From positions 6,057 to 70,056 of IMG/VR virus record IMGVR_UViG_3300028832_000135: a stretch of 64,000 nucleotides of DNA; one strand, written 5' to 3'. The position numbers and the translations under genes are program-made. The stretch comes from a virus. Taxonomy: Duplodnaviria; Caudoviricetes. The notes beneath the pieces are model-generated. The model did no database searches. It worked only from the letters and a program-made list of their open reading frames with translations, and was not told the origin of the DNA. This document shows positions 26,998 through 36,660 of this stretch, piece after piece; within the stretch, counting starts at the first letter, position 1, and each line of letters begins with the position of its first letter.

Positions 26998-27255
26998 TTA
27001 GATGACTCTCTTAACCAGTATGTACTCAACATAGCGTGTTGTTCTGTTGTATCGACTAATGCCCGTATGCCATTCACTTATGATGTCATACTCGGTATTT
27101 GCAAGACGCTTACGCAATGCGAAAATGATTGCAGAAAGTCTTGTTGCACCAAACATCTCAATGGCTTCCATACTCGTAATGCCCTTTTCCATAGGCATAC
27201 GCTCTTTAAGCACATCAAAAACCAAGTTGGTTTGATAAACCATATTGTCTGTCAT
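26998..27255 (-). CDS. Winged-HTH small DNA-binding protein
   Basis: GITSMEAIEMFGATRLSAIIFALRK pattern. Confidence 0.7.
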   Translation of the reverse strand: MTDNMVYQTNLVFDVLKERMPMEKGITSMEAIEMFGATRLSAIIFALRKRLANTEYDIISEWHTGISRYNRTTRYVEYILVKRVI

Positions 27256-27483
27256 TTACTTTTCCTCCTTTTCGATTTCCAACTTCCTTGAGTTAAATAT
27301 CTTGTTCATTAAATCCTTCGTGTAATGTGTTAGCAAAAAATCTGCCATTAACAATGCGTGCAAGTCATTTGCGTCCTCGCAATGACGCTCACCGTCAAGA
27401 TGAATTGATGCAAGCAATTCGGCAGATAACCTTGCGAACTCGTCACGGGTAATCTTGATTTCTTCATTAAGGTCGTTTTTCAT
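27256..27483 (-). CDS. Hypothetical protein
   Basis: SD AGGAGG. Confidence 0.6.
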   Translation of the reverse strand: MKNDLNEEIKITRDEFARLSAELLASIHLDGERHCEDANDLHALLMADFLLTHYTKDLMNKIFNSRKLEIEKEEK

Positions 27484-27531
27484 AGGATTAGCCTCCTTAC
27501 ATAGTGTTATTTTGATAGCATCATTTTAACA

Positions 27532-27879
27532 TTAGATACATTGATTTTCAATGCTTTCGAGCCATTCTTTGAACATTTTTTCACTCACTAAATAGTGTTG
27601 TTCACCATCACCAAAATCAATGACTACGGCTGAATAATGCTTGCCCATTGCAAACGCTTCTTCCCGGTTTTTGTCTATCCACTCACGCTTGATTGTAAAG
27701 GTCTTCTGTTCTTTAGTACAAGTTTTACACTCAAGCAAAACATTATCGGTTATAACATCACCTTTATTAAAGGTTGTTGCACCACTATTTGATACTTTCT
27801 TACCGCCAACCGCTTTTGCCACGGCTTTTTCCTGGCGGTTTGAGTAGAACCGTGTAGGTCTTCCGGGTATTCGCTGCAT
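27532..27879 (-). CDS. PD-(D/E)XK Holliday-junction-resolvase-like nuclease
   Basis: SNSGAT...KGDV...LLECKT; start at MQRIP. Confidence 0.8.
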   Translation of the reverse strand: MQRIPGRPTRFYSNRQEKAVAKAVGGKKVSNSGATTFNKGDVITDNVLLECKTCTKEQKTFTIKREWIDKNREEAFAMGKHYSAVVIDFGDGEQHYLVSEKMFKEWLESIENQCI

Positions 27880-28127
27880 CACTTTCTCTTTCCTTTCACT
27901 TGTGTAACCTCTGTCCACAAACAAGCACGGTCATACTTATCATATCGGTCAAACACAATTCTGTGTTCAGTACGTCCGTCATTGTGGGTATTCCAACCAT
28001 ACTTAACCGTATAGTGAAGACACGCCGCATATGCCAACTTACCGTAAAAACACCTTATTACAAGGTAATATCCGTCCTTTTTAGGTGGTGTGTTCACACA
28101 AGAACGCCAACGAGTCATCTTAATCAT
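27879..28127 (-). CDS. Small hypothetical protein (DUF551-like)
   Basis: WRS...PPKKDGYYLV...LWTEV. Confidence 0.55.
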   Translation of the reverse strand: MIKMTRWRSCVNTPPKKDGYYLVIRCFYGKLAYAACLHYTVKYGWNTHNDGRTEHRIVFDRYDKYDRACLWTEVTQVKGKRK

Positions 28128-28130
28128 CTG

Positions 28131-29213
28131 TCATATCTCCTTTATGTCTGAAAGTGTGGTCAAAAACCAATAATCCTCTTCGTGTCCAAGAACCCACTTA
28201 TTGCACAAGTTATCCTTAAGAAATATCATCACATACCTTGTAATAGGCTCTTTGAACTCCTCATTAGGAATAATGACATTTCCCGTCTGTGGCTGAAAAT
28301 AAGGCTCAAGATTGTACTTTGATATAAGGTCAAGTCTCTGTCTGCCAAGTTCTGTCAGATTGTATGTATGAGCATCAAAATCTGTTTGAAGAACAGTTCC
28401 TTTTCTAATTGATGAAACTAAAGCATCACTATCACGGGGACAAAGTGAAAGTCCTCTCCAACAAACTTGCTTATATGTAACCTCAGGAATGTCAATTAGT
28501 ATTTTCATCGGTTATCTCCTCTCTCATATCTGCCCCGCAATTACGACAAAAATTATCGTCTTTGTCACCTTGTGCTCTGCATACAGAACACACAAACCAA
28601 GTACATTTGTTATAACAACTTCTGCACTGATGGTCGAAACAGTGTTCGGGTTTCCAAGTACCTTTTTTAAGAGATGTACCATTTTCAATTACTTCATCAA
28701 GTTTTGTACTCCACGCACCAAAGTAATTACAAAATTCCTTTGAGTTCATTACTTTATCGGGTATATCAATTACTATTTTCATTTTTCTGCACCTCGTAAG
28801 TCTGCACCACAATCAGGACAAAACTTAAAGTTGTCGGTCTTTGCACTCATTCTAAATGCACCGCAAACGGAACAAGTATAGCCAAGTTCGTCATAATGGC
28901 TTATCCATTTACCTTTTGGAAGAACTGTATCATCTACCCCAACAAATGTATAAACGGGTTTTGCCACCAAAATATTCCAGTAATCATACTTCGGATATGC
29001 GGCAACCTTAAAGTGTTTGCCATAACCGCAAATCTCTTCAATGTCCTCAAAATGCTGAATATCCGTAACATCATTATCCGCATAATACTTACGGACACTC
29101 TCTTCTCCCTTACATATTGCAAAGGGGTGGGTTTCACTTAACTTCTGCGGAAATGCGTCTCCAAGTTGTCTGTACGACCGCTTGATAATGTAATAATACT
29201 TTACATCTGCCAT
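28131..29213 (-). CDS. Three coupled small ORFs (28131-28508, 28492-28782, 28779-29213); MKI(L/V)IDIP starts and/or GxW-CxxC-CxxCGAxMR Zn ribbons
   Basis: ORF track; motifs shared with the 43-47 kb array. Confidence 0.7.
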
Positions 29214-29217
29214 TGCA

Positions 29218-29757
29218 TTATACCTCCTCTGCAATTTCATCACTTGTTATGGCGGACTTAATTATCCAACCCGTCCATTCCATATTTACAAGGTCTTCTG
29301 TGATGCCTGAAACATCATCTATATCCCTTGAAATACCTAACTTACCTAAACAAATGGGACCGATGCCATACGCTCTTGAAATAGGGTTTGTGAGGTCACG
29401 CCCACACATAACACAAGTAATGGTCTTCTTTGCAAAGCCGTGAAGACGCATCTGTACCATACCTTTTGTTTCCTTAAGAATAACGCCTTGCATTGTTCTC
29501 ATAGGCATAGGTACATTGCTATTCCACTTCTTCATAAAATCGAAAGTAGGTGATGCGGGCTGCGTCATATACTTTTTTACAGTAATGATATGCTCTGTTG
29601 TATCATCAACCCTTTTAGCGGTCTGTCTTGTGACATTTGGAATAAGTGAAATAACTACGGTATTATCCAACTTAATATCGGGTATATCGGCAATGCTCTG
29701 ATACTCAACGCCATTAACGCTTACCTTACCCTTCCAATTCGCTAATGCCTTAATCAT
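29218..29757 (-). CDS. Protein with C-terminal DUF6011-like Zn finger
   Basis: CVMCGRDLTNPISRAYGIGPIC. Confidence 0.75.
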   Translation of the reverse strand: MIKALANWKGKVSVNGVEYQSIADIPDIKLDNTVVISLIPNVTRQTAKRVDDTTEHIITVKKYMTQPASPTFDFMKKWNSNVPMPMRTMQGVILKETKGMVQMRLHGFAKKTITCVMCGRDLTNPISRAYGIGPICLGKLGISRDIDDVSGITEDLVNMEWTGWIIKSAITSDEIAEEV

Positions 29758-29804
29758 CGTTATCTCTCCTTTCATAGCCTTATGAGTGTTTATCTGATAA
29801 CTCG

Positions 29805-29832
29805 ATTATACATTAGTACATATGAAAGTCAA
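29805..29832 (-). promoter_or_regulatory. Early-class promoter TTGACT-TTCATATGTACTAATG-TATAAT
   Basis: Read directly. Confidence 0.75.
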
Positions 29833-30311
29833 TACCTCTGAAAGAACTCCGTAAAATCGTAATCAAAGTATATGCGTTTCTTGGTCCCGGCTATCTCAAG
29901 GCTATTCGGAACATTAGCATCATATCTTACACTTTTAGCACCGCTATTTCTGATTTTTTCTAATTCCTGGATTGGCAAGAACCGAGTGACATCTCGCTCA
30001 ATCCACCAACAAATCACCCCGGCAACCGCACCATACTGTGTAGCCGCCAGCATATCTTCCCACTGCGTGTTGCTTATCATTCCGTACTTACGCTTGGGGT
30101 TAGGACTATAAATAGCCATTGTATTTTCGTGCGTAGATTTGCACTCTAACATATAGAATTGAGGCCGTTTATAACAGATGAAATCACAAGGATTGGCAAC
30201 GCCTGCATAACCGCCTTGTGGGTCATACAAGCGTTCCACATATAATCCGTCAATTTTCTCTAAAGCCTTTCTGACTTCATCTTCAAAGTCTTTACCACGG
30301 TTTACCGCCAT
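29829..30311 (-). CDS. recU: RecU-like Holliday junction resolvase
   Basis: NRGKDFE; PCDFI; MLECKST. Confidence 0.75.
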   Translation of the reverse strand: MAVNRGKDFEDEVRKALEKIDGLYVERLYDPQGGYAGVANPCDFICYKRPQFYMLECKSTHENTMAIYSPNPKRKYGMISNTQWEDMLAATQYGAVAGVICWWIERDVTRFLPIQELEKIRNSGAKSVRYDANVPNSLEIAGTKKRIYFDYDFTEFFQRY

Positions 30312-30312
30312 A

Positions 30313-31350
30313 TCAATCCTCTTTTACCTTGCTATCAAGGAAATCCTCATACATCTTCAATATCTCGGTATTCTCCTCATCTGACAAGAACTCTGACACC
30401 GCATATTGTCCTTGCATCTTCTTAATAAGAGCACCCGTACTTGGGTCTTTTAACAGATACCAACTACTTGCCTGCTCAATCACGCCATACTTCTTGCATA
30501 CTTCTGTAAGGTCATAAAGATAATCAATACCAATATCATACACAAGTGTATAAAAGCCATTCCTACGCTTTGGTGGACAAGTTTTGTTCTTTGACATTGA
30601 CACCTCAACATAATTGCCATAAGGACTTTCCGCACTCCTTGTAAGTTTAGAGTATTTACTATCAAAAGACGCACCCTTACGGAACTCCAACCTCACCGCA
30701 ACATTATGCTTCCAGGCTTTACCCCCGGTTGTAGTCAATCCCCCATACTGTGAGTTCATATCCGCTCTCATCTGATTGATGCCGATAAGCGTGCAATCGT
30801 GTTGGTGACAATATGCCTCCGCTTTCTTACTAAAATTGGTAAGTGCCATTGCGATACCGCCATAAGTCTTCTCTTCCACGGACTTCTCATATGCTTGGTT
30901 ACTCATCATCACACCCAAACTGTCAATAATGACCAACCCTATCTCACCCGTTGCGATAATCTTAAGAATATACTCAAAAATGGTTTCTGCACCCTGTGTT
31001 GTTGGGTTCATAATAATCATTGAGTCAACATCAACACCTAATTTTGTTGCCCACACCGTATCAAGTGTATTTTCTGCGTCAACATATAACACGGACTTTG
31101 CATCTTCCATATGCTGATAGTTCGCAACAATATCCAGGGCAGTTGTAGTTTTTCCACCGTGTTCCTCCCCGTAGAACTCAATTAGTTTACCTTTCGGTAT
31201 TCCCCCATATGTAATGTAATTAAGTCTTGGTGATGTAAATGGAATACGCTCATAATCGTAATCACTCACACCCTGACGGATAATGTCACCACCTAATGTC
31301 TTGTTCATCTCCGCCATTATTTCATCTAACGACTTCTGCTCTTTTGCCAT
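30313..31350 (-). CDS. recA: RecA/UvsX-like recombinase
   Basis: GGIPKGKLIEFYGEEHGGKTT; IIDSL; INQMR; GGKAWKH. Confidence 0.95.
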   Translation of the reverse strand: MAKEQKSLDEIMAEMNKTLGGDIIRQGVSDYDYERIPFTSPRLNYITYGGIPKGKLIEFYGEEHGGKTTTALDIVANYQHMEDAKSVLYVDAENTLDTVWATKLGVDVDSMIIMNPTTQGAETIFEYILKIIATGEIGLVIIDSLGVMMSNQAYEKSVEEKTYGGIAMALTNFSKKAEAYCHQHDCTLIGINQMRADMNSQYGGLTTTGGKAWKHNVAVRLEFRKGASFDSKYSKLTRSAESPYGNYVEVSMSKNKTCPPKRRNGFYTLVYDIGIDYLYDLTEVCKKYGVIEQASSWYLLKDPSTGALIKKMQGQYAVSEFLSDEENTEILKMYEDFLDSKVKED

Positions 31351-31355
31351 ACCTT

Positions 31356-31523
31356 TTATACCTCGTCTTTTATTCTCTCGTTTTTATTGAACACCTGTTT
31401 GCAATACCCACATCTAAATGGGGTATCTCTCTTGATGAAATAAGGTACTTCATTGCCACAATAAGGGCATAGAAATACCTTATGCTTGTTCTGTTGTCGA
31501 TTGTTCTTCTGTTTGTGGCTCAT
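31356..31523 (-). CDS. 55-aa Zn-ribbon protein
   Basis: Manually translated; CPYC...CGYC. Confidence 0.6.
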   Translation of the reverse strand: MSHKQKNNRQQNKHKVFLCPYCGNEVPYFIKRDTPFRCGYCKQVFNKNERIKDEV

Positions 31524-32085
31524 AGTTTACATTTACCGTCAAATACTTTCTGCTTGCTATGTAATCACACATATGCACGAATTTCTCTGCATCTGTAGTC
31601 GGTTTAGGCAGCGACACAACTGACTTCTCACTCCTGTTCCACTGACCCATATGTGCCATAACCATTGCTGAAATATGTCCAACTCGGTCTGACAGATTGG
31701 GGTAAAACTTATCTGCAAACAACTGTAATGCACCCGCCGAATATATGGGGTGCTCAAATTTCGTATGTCCACCACTCGCAAGTAATCCTTGCTTAAATGT
31801 GTCGTGCACTATCAACGCCGCTATAATCTCATCGTGATAACACTCACTAAGCGTTTCATTCTGTTCAAGTGACAACAAATCTTCTGCTATCATAACGGCC
31901 GCTTTCGTATGTCTAACCAAGCCACCGGGACCTAACGCATATGTAGGGTGATGCTTGCCCGAAGAACTCGCTGGTACCGTGTAAAAGTATTTCGGTACGC
32001 ACTCCTCAAAAAAGGCAATGATGAACTCTCTTAACTTTACATCTTCAATCAACGATATTTCTTTAGACAAGCAATCACTTTTCAT
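31480..32085 (-). CDS. HD-domain phosphohydrolase
   Basis: KHH...GGLVRHT...VHDTFK...AHMG...CDY. Confidence 0.85.
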   Translation of the reverse strand: MKSDCLSKEISLIEDVKLREFIIAFFEECVPKYFYTVPASSSGKHHPTYALGPGGLVRHTKAAVMIAEDLLSLEQNETLSECYHDEIIAALIVHDTFKQGLLASGGHTKFEHPIYSAGALQLFADKFYPNLSDRVGHISAMVMAHMGQWNRSEKSVVSLPKPTTDAEKFVHMCDYIASRKYLTVNVNYEPQTEEQSTTEQA

Positions 32086-32086
32086 A

Positions 32087-32332
32087 TTAAATTGCGTCCT
32101 TTACATTTATTATGACTTTCGTATCTGCCAAGATTACCGCAATGTCATCTTTGACGGATTTCAACTCACCCTTGTCCAATGATGCGATAAAGCATCTTCC
32201 GGGGTAATCGGCAACAACATCAACATCTGCAATGCCCAACTTAATGTAAAGCACTCCGTCAAGGTAAAATGTATCACCGTAATCCAATGATGTTAATGGG
32301 CACTCTGATGCGTTATAACAATCTACTCTCAT
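32087..32332 (-). CDS. Hypothetical protein
   Basis: SD AGGAGG; similar to the 47590 ORF (GDTF...YIK). Confidence 0.65.
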   Translation of the reverse strand: MRVDCYNASECPLTSLDYGDTFYLDGVLYIKLGIADVDVVADYPGRCFIASLDKGELKSVKDDIAVILADTKVIINVKDAI

Positions 32333-32348
32333 CTGTTTTTCCTCCTCA

Positions 32349-32879
32349 TTATGTGTTTATGTTACTTGACATCTTTGTAAGTTCAATTTCCTGCATACGC
32401 CTTGTGAGAACTTTCTTGCAAGAACTCAATAACTCTTGTGCACTGTCAATCTTTGCCTTAACCGTTTTGTACGCTCTGGTGTAGCACACACTGATGAGTT
32501 GTTCCTGCTGTGACTCCTGCTCGGCTTTTGCGTTCTTATCCTGAATGGTTCCGCTTGTTTCTTCTCTGACATTGTTATAAGTTTCCTTATAAACCGCTTT
32601 GGCAATGTCATCTCTGACTCCCAACTGTTCACACATACCATTTGCAAAGTAAATGAATGTGGATAAATTCATACAGAAGTCCTCTAACTCATAATCCGTG
32701 GGCGGTTGCTCACCATTCTTCAAACATTCACGGATAAATACAACATATCTATCCAAGTCTTTCGTGTACGGCTCAATTATATCACGGACAATCTTATCAA
32801 CAATCTGTGAGTTATTGTCTACTCGATACTGAATACCTCTCAATGCCTTTACATCAATGTTACTAATGTCGCTTTTCAT
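32349..32879 (-). CDS. Helical protein, possible UvsY-like recombination mediator
   Basis: All-helical; located between Cas4-like and RecA genes; inference. Confidence 0.4.
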   Translation of the reverse strand: MKSDISNIDVKALRGIQYRVDNNSQIVDKIVRDIIEPYTKDLDRYVVFIRECLKNGEQPPTDYELEDFCMNLSTFIYFANGMCEQLGVRDDIAKAVYKETYNNVREETSGTIQDKNAKAEQESQQEQLISVCYTRAYKTVKAKIDSAQELLSSCKKVLTRRMQEIELTKMSSNINT

Positions 32880-32899
32880 CTTGTTCTCTCCTTTTCTGT

Positions 32900-33697
32900 T
32901 TATTCTGTATCTACTTCTGCTCGACAAGAATTTTTGTAAGCACAATATTCGCAGCTCGACCGGGGAACCTGTGTAGGTTTCGGAGGAACCTTTCCCTGGT
33001 TGACATAGTTATCGCACTCCAAAATCTTGTTGACTAACTCTGACCTCTGCTCATCTGTCGGCTTAAACATAAATGCTTTCATCTCAAGAATATCTCTGTT
33101 TATGTAAACAAAGATTACCTCGTCAATATGAAACACTAATGAGTATGCCGTGCCTTGAGCATAGTGTTTAGGGTCTACGCCCTTTCTTGCTTGCCACTTG
33201 TAAGCACTCTCGGTCTTCAACTCCAAGATGTAATACTTACCCTTGTACTTAATGATGCCGTCACACAAGAAACTCATATTAAGGGTCTTGTTATACAACT
33301 TTGTTTCCATTCCTTGTTGGGAAACGACCTCAAGATAATCAAGATTTTGTGCCTTTACAAAGTCTGCAACATTGACATACTCGCAATCAATGTCATTGTT
33401 CTTCATATCGGCAACATATCTCTGTATTCTTTCGTGTGTGTCTGAACCAGAATTACATATGCCCACAAGGCTATAACTGCTCATCTGTGGGTCTCTCTGT
33501 TGTCCTACGACTTGATAATACATATTCCTTATGCAATTCATTGAGGACGGCTTATAAGTCTTACTCGGCTCTCTTGCGGCCTTATCTTCTGTCATCTCAA
33601 TAGAACGCTTTAAGTCGCCCAAGAACGACTGTTCCGGGGCGACATCTTCTTTAGCACAATCTATTAGTCTGCAAATGTTCTTAAATCCTTGTCCCAT
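32900..33697 (-). CDS. Cas4-like PD-(D/E)XK exonuclease
   Basis: YKPSSMNCIR; CDGII; LELKT; Q...Y; C-terminal CEYCAYKNSC. Confidence 0.85.
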   Translation of the reverse strand: MGQGFKNICRLIDCAKEDVAPEQSFLGDLKRSIEMTEDKAAREPSKTYKPSSMNCIRNMYYQVVGQQRDPQMSSYSLVGICNSGSDTHERIQRYVADMKNNDIDCEYVNVADFVKAQNLDYLEVVSQQGMETKLYNKTLNMSFLCDGIIKYKGKYYILELKTESAYKWQARKGVDPKHYAQGTAYSLVFHIDEVIFVYINRDILEMKAFMFKPTDEQRSELVNKILECDNYVNQGKVPPKPTQVPRSSCEYCAYKNSCRAEVDTE

Positions 33698-33706
33698 TAA
33701 ACCTCC

Positions 33707-34042
33707 TTAATCTGGCATATCGACTGTATCATAGTAATAGTCAAGTTCTTTGCCCTTGAGATTTGTAACGGCATAATGCTCGGCTCTTCTCCAAAGTTCC
33801 TCGTAAACTCTGACTAATGCGTCATTATGTGCATCATAATGTTCTGCAATCTTCCAATTCATAACAAGCACCAATTCTGTAAGATGCTTGTACTCGAATT
33901 TCCACGCATTAAATCTGTTCTCAAATGCGTTTTGAATAGCCTTAATGCCTAAACATTCAACAGTTCCGAAGTCTCTGTAAAATGTGGTAATCTGCTTGTA
34001 ACCACAAAACTTAACACTATCAAACTCTTTTATCGTTATCAT
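33707..34042 (-). CDS. Hypothetical protein
   Basis: TTFYRDF...KHLTELVLVMNWKI; own promoter. Confidence 0.75.
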   Translation of the reverse strand: MITIKEFDSVKFCGYKQITTFYRDFGTVECLGIKAIQNAFENRFNAWKFEYKHLTELVLVMNWKIAEHYDAHNDALVRVYEELWRRAEHYAVTNLKGKELDYYYDTVDMPD

Positions 34043-34080
34043 TGGTCTTATCTCCTTTCAAGTGTTTTAGTGATGTTTTC

Positions 34081-34108
34081 ATTATACATCACATCTAATG
34101 TTTGTCAA
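34081..34108 (-). promoter_or_regulatory. Promoter TTGACA-16-TATAAT
   Basis: Read directly. Confidence 0.7.
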
Positions 34109-34119
34109 TGAGTGAGCAT

Positions 34120-34158
34120 AAAAAATGGGCACCTTGTTTCACCGCCAAGATGCCCACT
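34120..34158 (-). terminator. Terminator after clamp gene
   Basis: AGTGGGCATCTTG/CAAGGTGCCCATT stem followed by T tract. Confidence 0.75.
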
Positions 34159-34187
34159 TTCCAGGAAGATAAAAAACCAACAACGAT

Positions 34188-35258
34188 TTATTCTTCTGTT
34201 AATAATGCTACTACGGAAGTTATATCTCCGTCAATAAGTTTAAGAGCATTTTCTTCACCAAATTCGATTGTGAACTCTCCACCCGTCTGTGCCTTAACGA
34301 TTGTCATAAGAGTATTGATGTCGGTCTGACAAATAAACTCATCTGCATTTTCACTATCTGTGTATGCAATCGTTTCTGTCGCATACTTGCTTGATACGGT
34401 CAATCCGTCTTCACCGAATGTAAGTGTTACCTTATCATCATCGTAACCGCTCATAAAGAGTGATACACGGTCAAGAAGATTATACATATCTGACTTAACG
34501 ACCTTACAAGAACGCTCAAAACTCTGTTCTACCAATCTCTTAATGTCATCAATGGAGTAATATTCAATTCCCGGCGGAATAGCACCATAGACAATGCCAT
34601 TTTCGGCCTCAAACAAAATCTTGTCATCTTTTGCGTAAACATCAATGTGTCCGCTAAACAACCCCAATAAATCCATAATGACGGCACTTATAAGTTTCGG
34701 CTCTTTAAGGAAACCCTGTGAGCAATCCGCAACTGTCCAAGTATCTGTACCCGTGATGCTGTCAGAAACAAAATAACAGGTGTACCAGGGAAAATCCATT
34801 GTAGTTGCCAGGGCGGGTTTAATGCTGGTGAGTGCCGTAAGAATGGACTGACTTGTTGTTTCACCTATCTTGTTGTCTTTCGTAAAGGACTCAATAGGAT
34901 TGGGCAATCTTATAGGGTTGCCGTCATCATCTAACTCAATCTCAATCTGATACTTACCATTACCGACAACCTCAAGAACCTTGTCCGTAACCTCTAATGT
35001 GACCTCTCCGCAAGTAAACCTTGATACCAACTTCTGCAAGATGTCCGCCTGTACCGCAACATAAAACACATCACCGACAACATCTCTCTCAATAACGCTC
35101 ATATAGTTTGTTGCGTCTGTTGTTGTAAGTGTAAGCACACCGTCTTTCAACTTGATTGCGATAAGGCTTGTCATACGGATAAGTTTATTGCAACCCGCAC
35201 CTCTGATAGCCTTATTAAGCATTGCTTGTAACCTTGCCGTTCCGATTGTGAATTTCAT
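34188..35258 (-). CDS. dnaN: Beta sliding clamp-like protein
   Basis: 356 aa, three-domain beta-clamp pattern; LTLTTTD; LLDRVSLF; final VVALL. Confidence 0.85.
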   Translation of the reverse strand: MKFTIGTARLQAMLNKAIRGAGCNKLIRMTSLIAIKLKDGVLTLTTTDATNYMSVIERDVVGDVFYVAVQADILQKLVSRFTCGEVTLEVTDKVLEVVGNGKYQIEIELDDDGNPIRLPNPIESFTKDNKIGETTSQSILTALTSIKPALATTMDFPWYTCYFVSDSITGTDTWTVADCSQGFLKEPKLISAVIMDLLGLFSGHIDVYAKDDKILFEAENGIVYGAIPPGIEYYSIDDIKRLVEQSFERSCKVVKSDMYNLLDRVSLFMSGYDDDKVTLTFGEDGLTVSSKYATETIAYTDSENADEFICQTDINTLMTIVKAQTGGEFTIEFGEENALKLIDGDITSVVALLTEE

Positions 35259-35270
35259 CTGTCTGCCTCC

Positions 35271-35651
35271 TTAAAATAATCTGTTCTTCTTACATTCGTT
35301 TACAAACATATTCTCAAAGATTGCTTGTAATACATCTACTACGATTGAATTACCCGCCTGCTTATACTTCTGCGTGTCTGACACCGTGAGTTTATCGTAA
35401 TCTTCATCTCTGACACCCATAAGCCTAAAGCACTCTTTTGGTGTTAATTTCCTTATACGGTAATGTTGTTTCGCCATTGCTATATCTCCTTTCGTACCTC
35501 GTTCCGGGGCAAGTACCTTCGTGTGAGTCATTCCGCCTCCGCAGGTGTGTAGTGTCGGGGCAATCCCGTCCGCACCGTAAACCCGGTTTGCCATATCAAA
35601 GGTATGGTCTTCCGAGTTATCCATTTGTCCTACCATATGCACATCAATCAT
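35271..35651 (-). CDS. C5 MTase last module: one TRD-like repeat plus motifs IX-X
   Basis: NRVYGADGIAPTLHT; RKLTPKECFRLMG; YKQAGNSIVV. Confidence 0.85.
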   Translation of the reverse strand: MIDVHMVGQMDNSEDHTFDMANRVYGADGIAPTLHTCGGGMTHTKVLAPERGTKGDIAMAKQHYRIRKLTPKECFRLMGVRDEDYDKLTVSDTQKYKQAGNSIVVDVLQAIFENMFVNECKKNRLF

Positions 35652-35799
35652 CTTCTTTTACCACCACGCATTGTTGACTCGCTGCACTTGTTGTCTTAAG
35701 TGTCGGTGCTATGCCTCTTATATCCCAAACACAACCGCCAAAACTTGCACCAAACTCATCTCCATAAACATTGCCAAGCAAAATTGGACTATCGCTCAT
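35644..35799 (-). CDS. TRD-like module G (51 aa)
   Basis: Manually translated MSDSPILLGNVYG...VWDIRGIAPTLKT. Confidence 0.7.
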   Translation of the reverse strand: MSDSPILLGNVYGDEFGASFGGCVWDIRGIAPTLKTTSAASQQCVVVKEDD

Positions 35800-35944
35800 C
35801 TTTCACCACGACCTTTACTATTGCTAAACCGTGCACGGTATCTAATGTCGGACTCAAACCCTCTGACGAATACACCACATTAGATTGATGCTTTCCGTCA
35901 CCAATATGTCCAAGAATAATCTGTGTGTTTACTTCTTCTGACAT
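35789..35944 (-). CDS. TRD-like module F (51 aa)
   Basis: MSEEVNTQIILGHI...HQSNVVYSSEGLSPTLDT; SD GGAG. Confidence 0.7.
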   Translation of the reverse strand: MSEEVNTQIILGHIGDGKHQSNVVYSSEGLSPTLDTVHGLAIVKVVVKDER

Positions 35945-36081
35945 TTATGTATCTCCAAAACATATGAGCATTGAGTTGCCCCACAGTTTGCTTGAAGTGC
36001 CGGGACAATATCTGCCACCAGGTGTTTCCGTGTAGCCGTTCCGTCTCCCGCCCGGTGCGAAAAGTTATTGGGTATTATCAT
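35929..36081 (-). CDS. TRD-like module E (50 aa)
   Basis: MIIPNNFSHRAG...DIVPALQANCG; SD GGAG. Confidence 0.6.
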   Translation of the reverse strand: MIIPNNFSHRAGDGTATRKHLVADIVPALQANCGATQCSYVLEIHKCQKK

Positions 36082-36232
36082 CTTCATCTCCAACCGCATA
36101 TACCTCTATCAATTTCTTACCATTAGTGAACGCACTAAAACCGCAAGTGGGAGTTATTGTTCCTATTACATTTTGGTCTTCGCAAACCCTATGGTTATAA
36201 TCGTCATATATCACTAACTTTATTAGGGTCAC
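36065..36232 (-). CDS. TRD-like module D (55 aa, GTG start)
   Basis: VIYDDYN...IGTITPTCG...NGKKLIE. Confidence 0.6.
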   Translation of the reverse strand: MTLIKLVIYDDYNHRVCEDQNVIGTITPTCGFSAFTNGKKLIEVYAVGDEDDNTQ

Positions 36233-36374
36233 GCTCAACCTCGCTAACTACTATATATGGTATGTGTGTTGCACCTGCCCGTATTCCGGGAGAAACACCG
36301 TCATCACCAAATACCGAACCGTCATACCCGTCGTGAAAACCATACATATTACCGAAAAAGTGTATCTGTTCCAT
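36204..36374 (-). CDS. TRD-like module C (56 aa)
   Basis: MEQIHFFGNMYG...GSVFGDDGVSPGIRAG. Confidence 0.6.
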   Translation of the reverse strand: MEQIHFFGNMYGFHDGYDGSVFGDDGVSPGIRAGATHIPYIVVSEVERDPNKVSDI

Positions 36375-36525
36375 TTTCACTTACCAAGATATAGCCATTG
36401 CACCAACCGTGTGTTCCTGCACATAAGGAAATATAAATCCCTGATGTATCGTACACAACCCCACATTGGCTACCCTCATTCGATATTTGCCCTATTCTCT
36501 TCACTTCGGTCTTCGAGAACTCCAT
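36349..36525 (-). CDS. TRD-like module B (58 aa)
   Basis: VKRIGQI...SQCGVVYDTSGIYISLCAGTHG...GYI. Confidence 0.7.
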   Translation of the reverse strand: MEFSKTEVKRIGQISNEGSQCGVVYDTSGIYISLCAGTHGWCNGYILVSENGTDTLFR

Positions 36526-36622
36526 TGAACCCATAGTTATTAAGTCCTTTATAGTCTCTTGCCATAAGGGTCGTTGCAACCTTTATCGGCTCAATGCTTG
36601 CTTTTCTGTCTTTACCACTCAT
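36476..36622 (-). CDS. TRD-like module A (48 aa)
   Basis: VATTLMARDYKG motif. Confidence 0.6.
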   Translation of the reverse strand: MSGKDRKASIEPIKVATTLMARDYKGLNNYGFNGVLEDRSEENRANIE

Positions 36623-36660
36623 ACCTACCATTAAGATTGGTGTTTGGTATGAGTGGTTTA

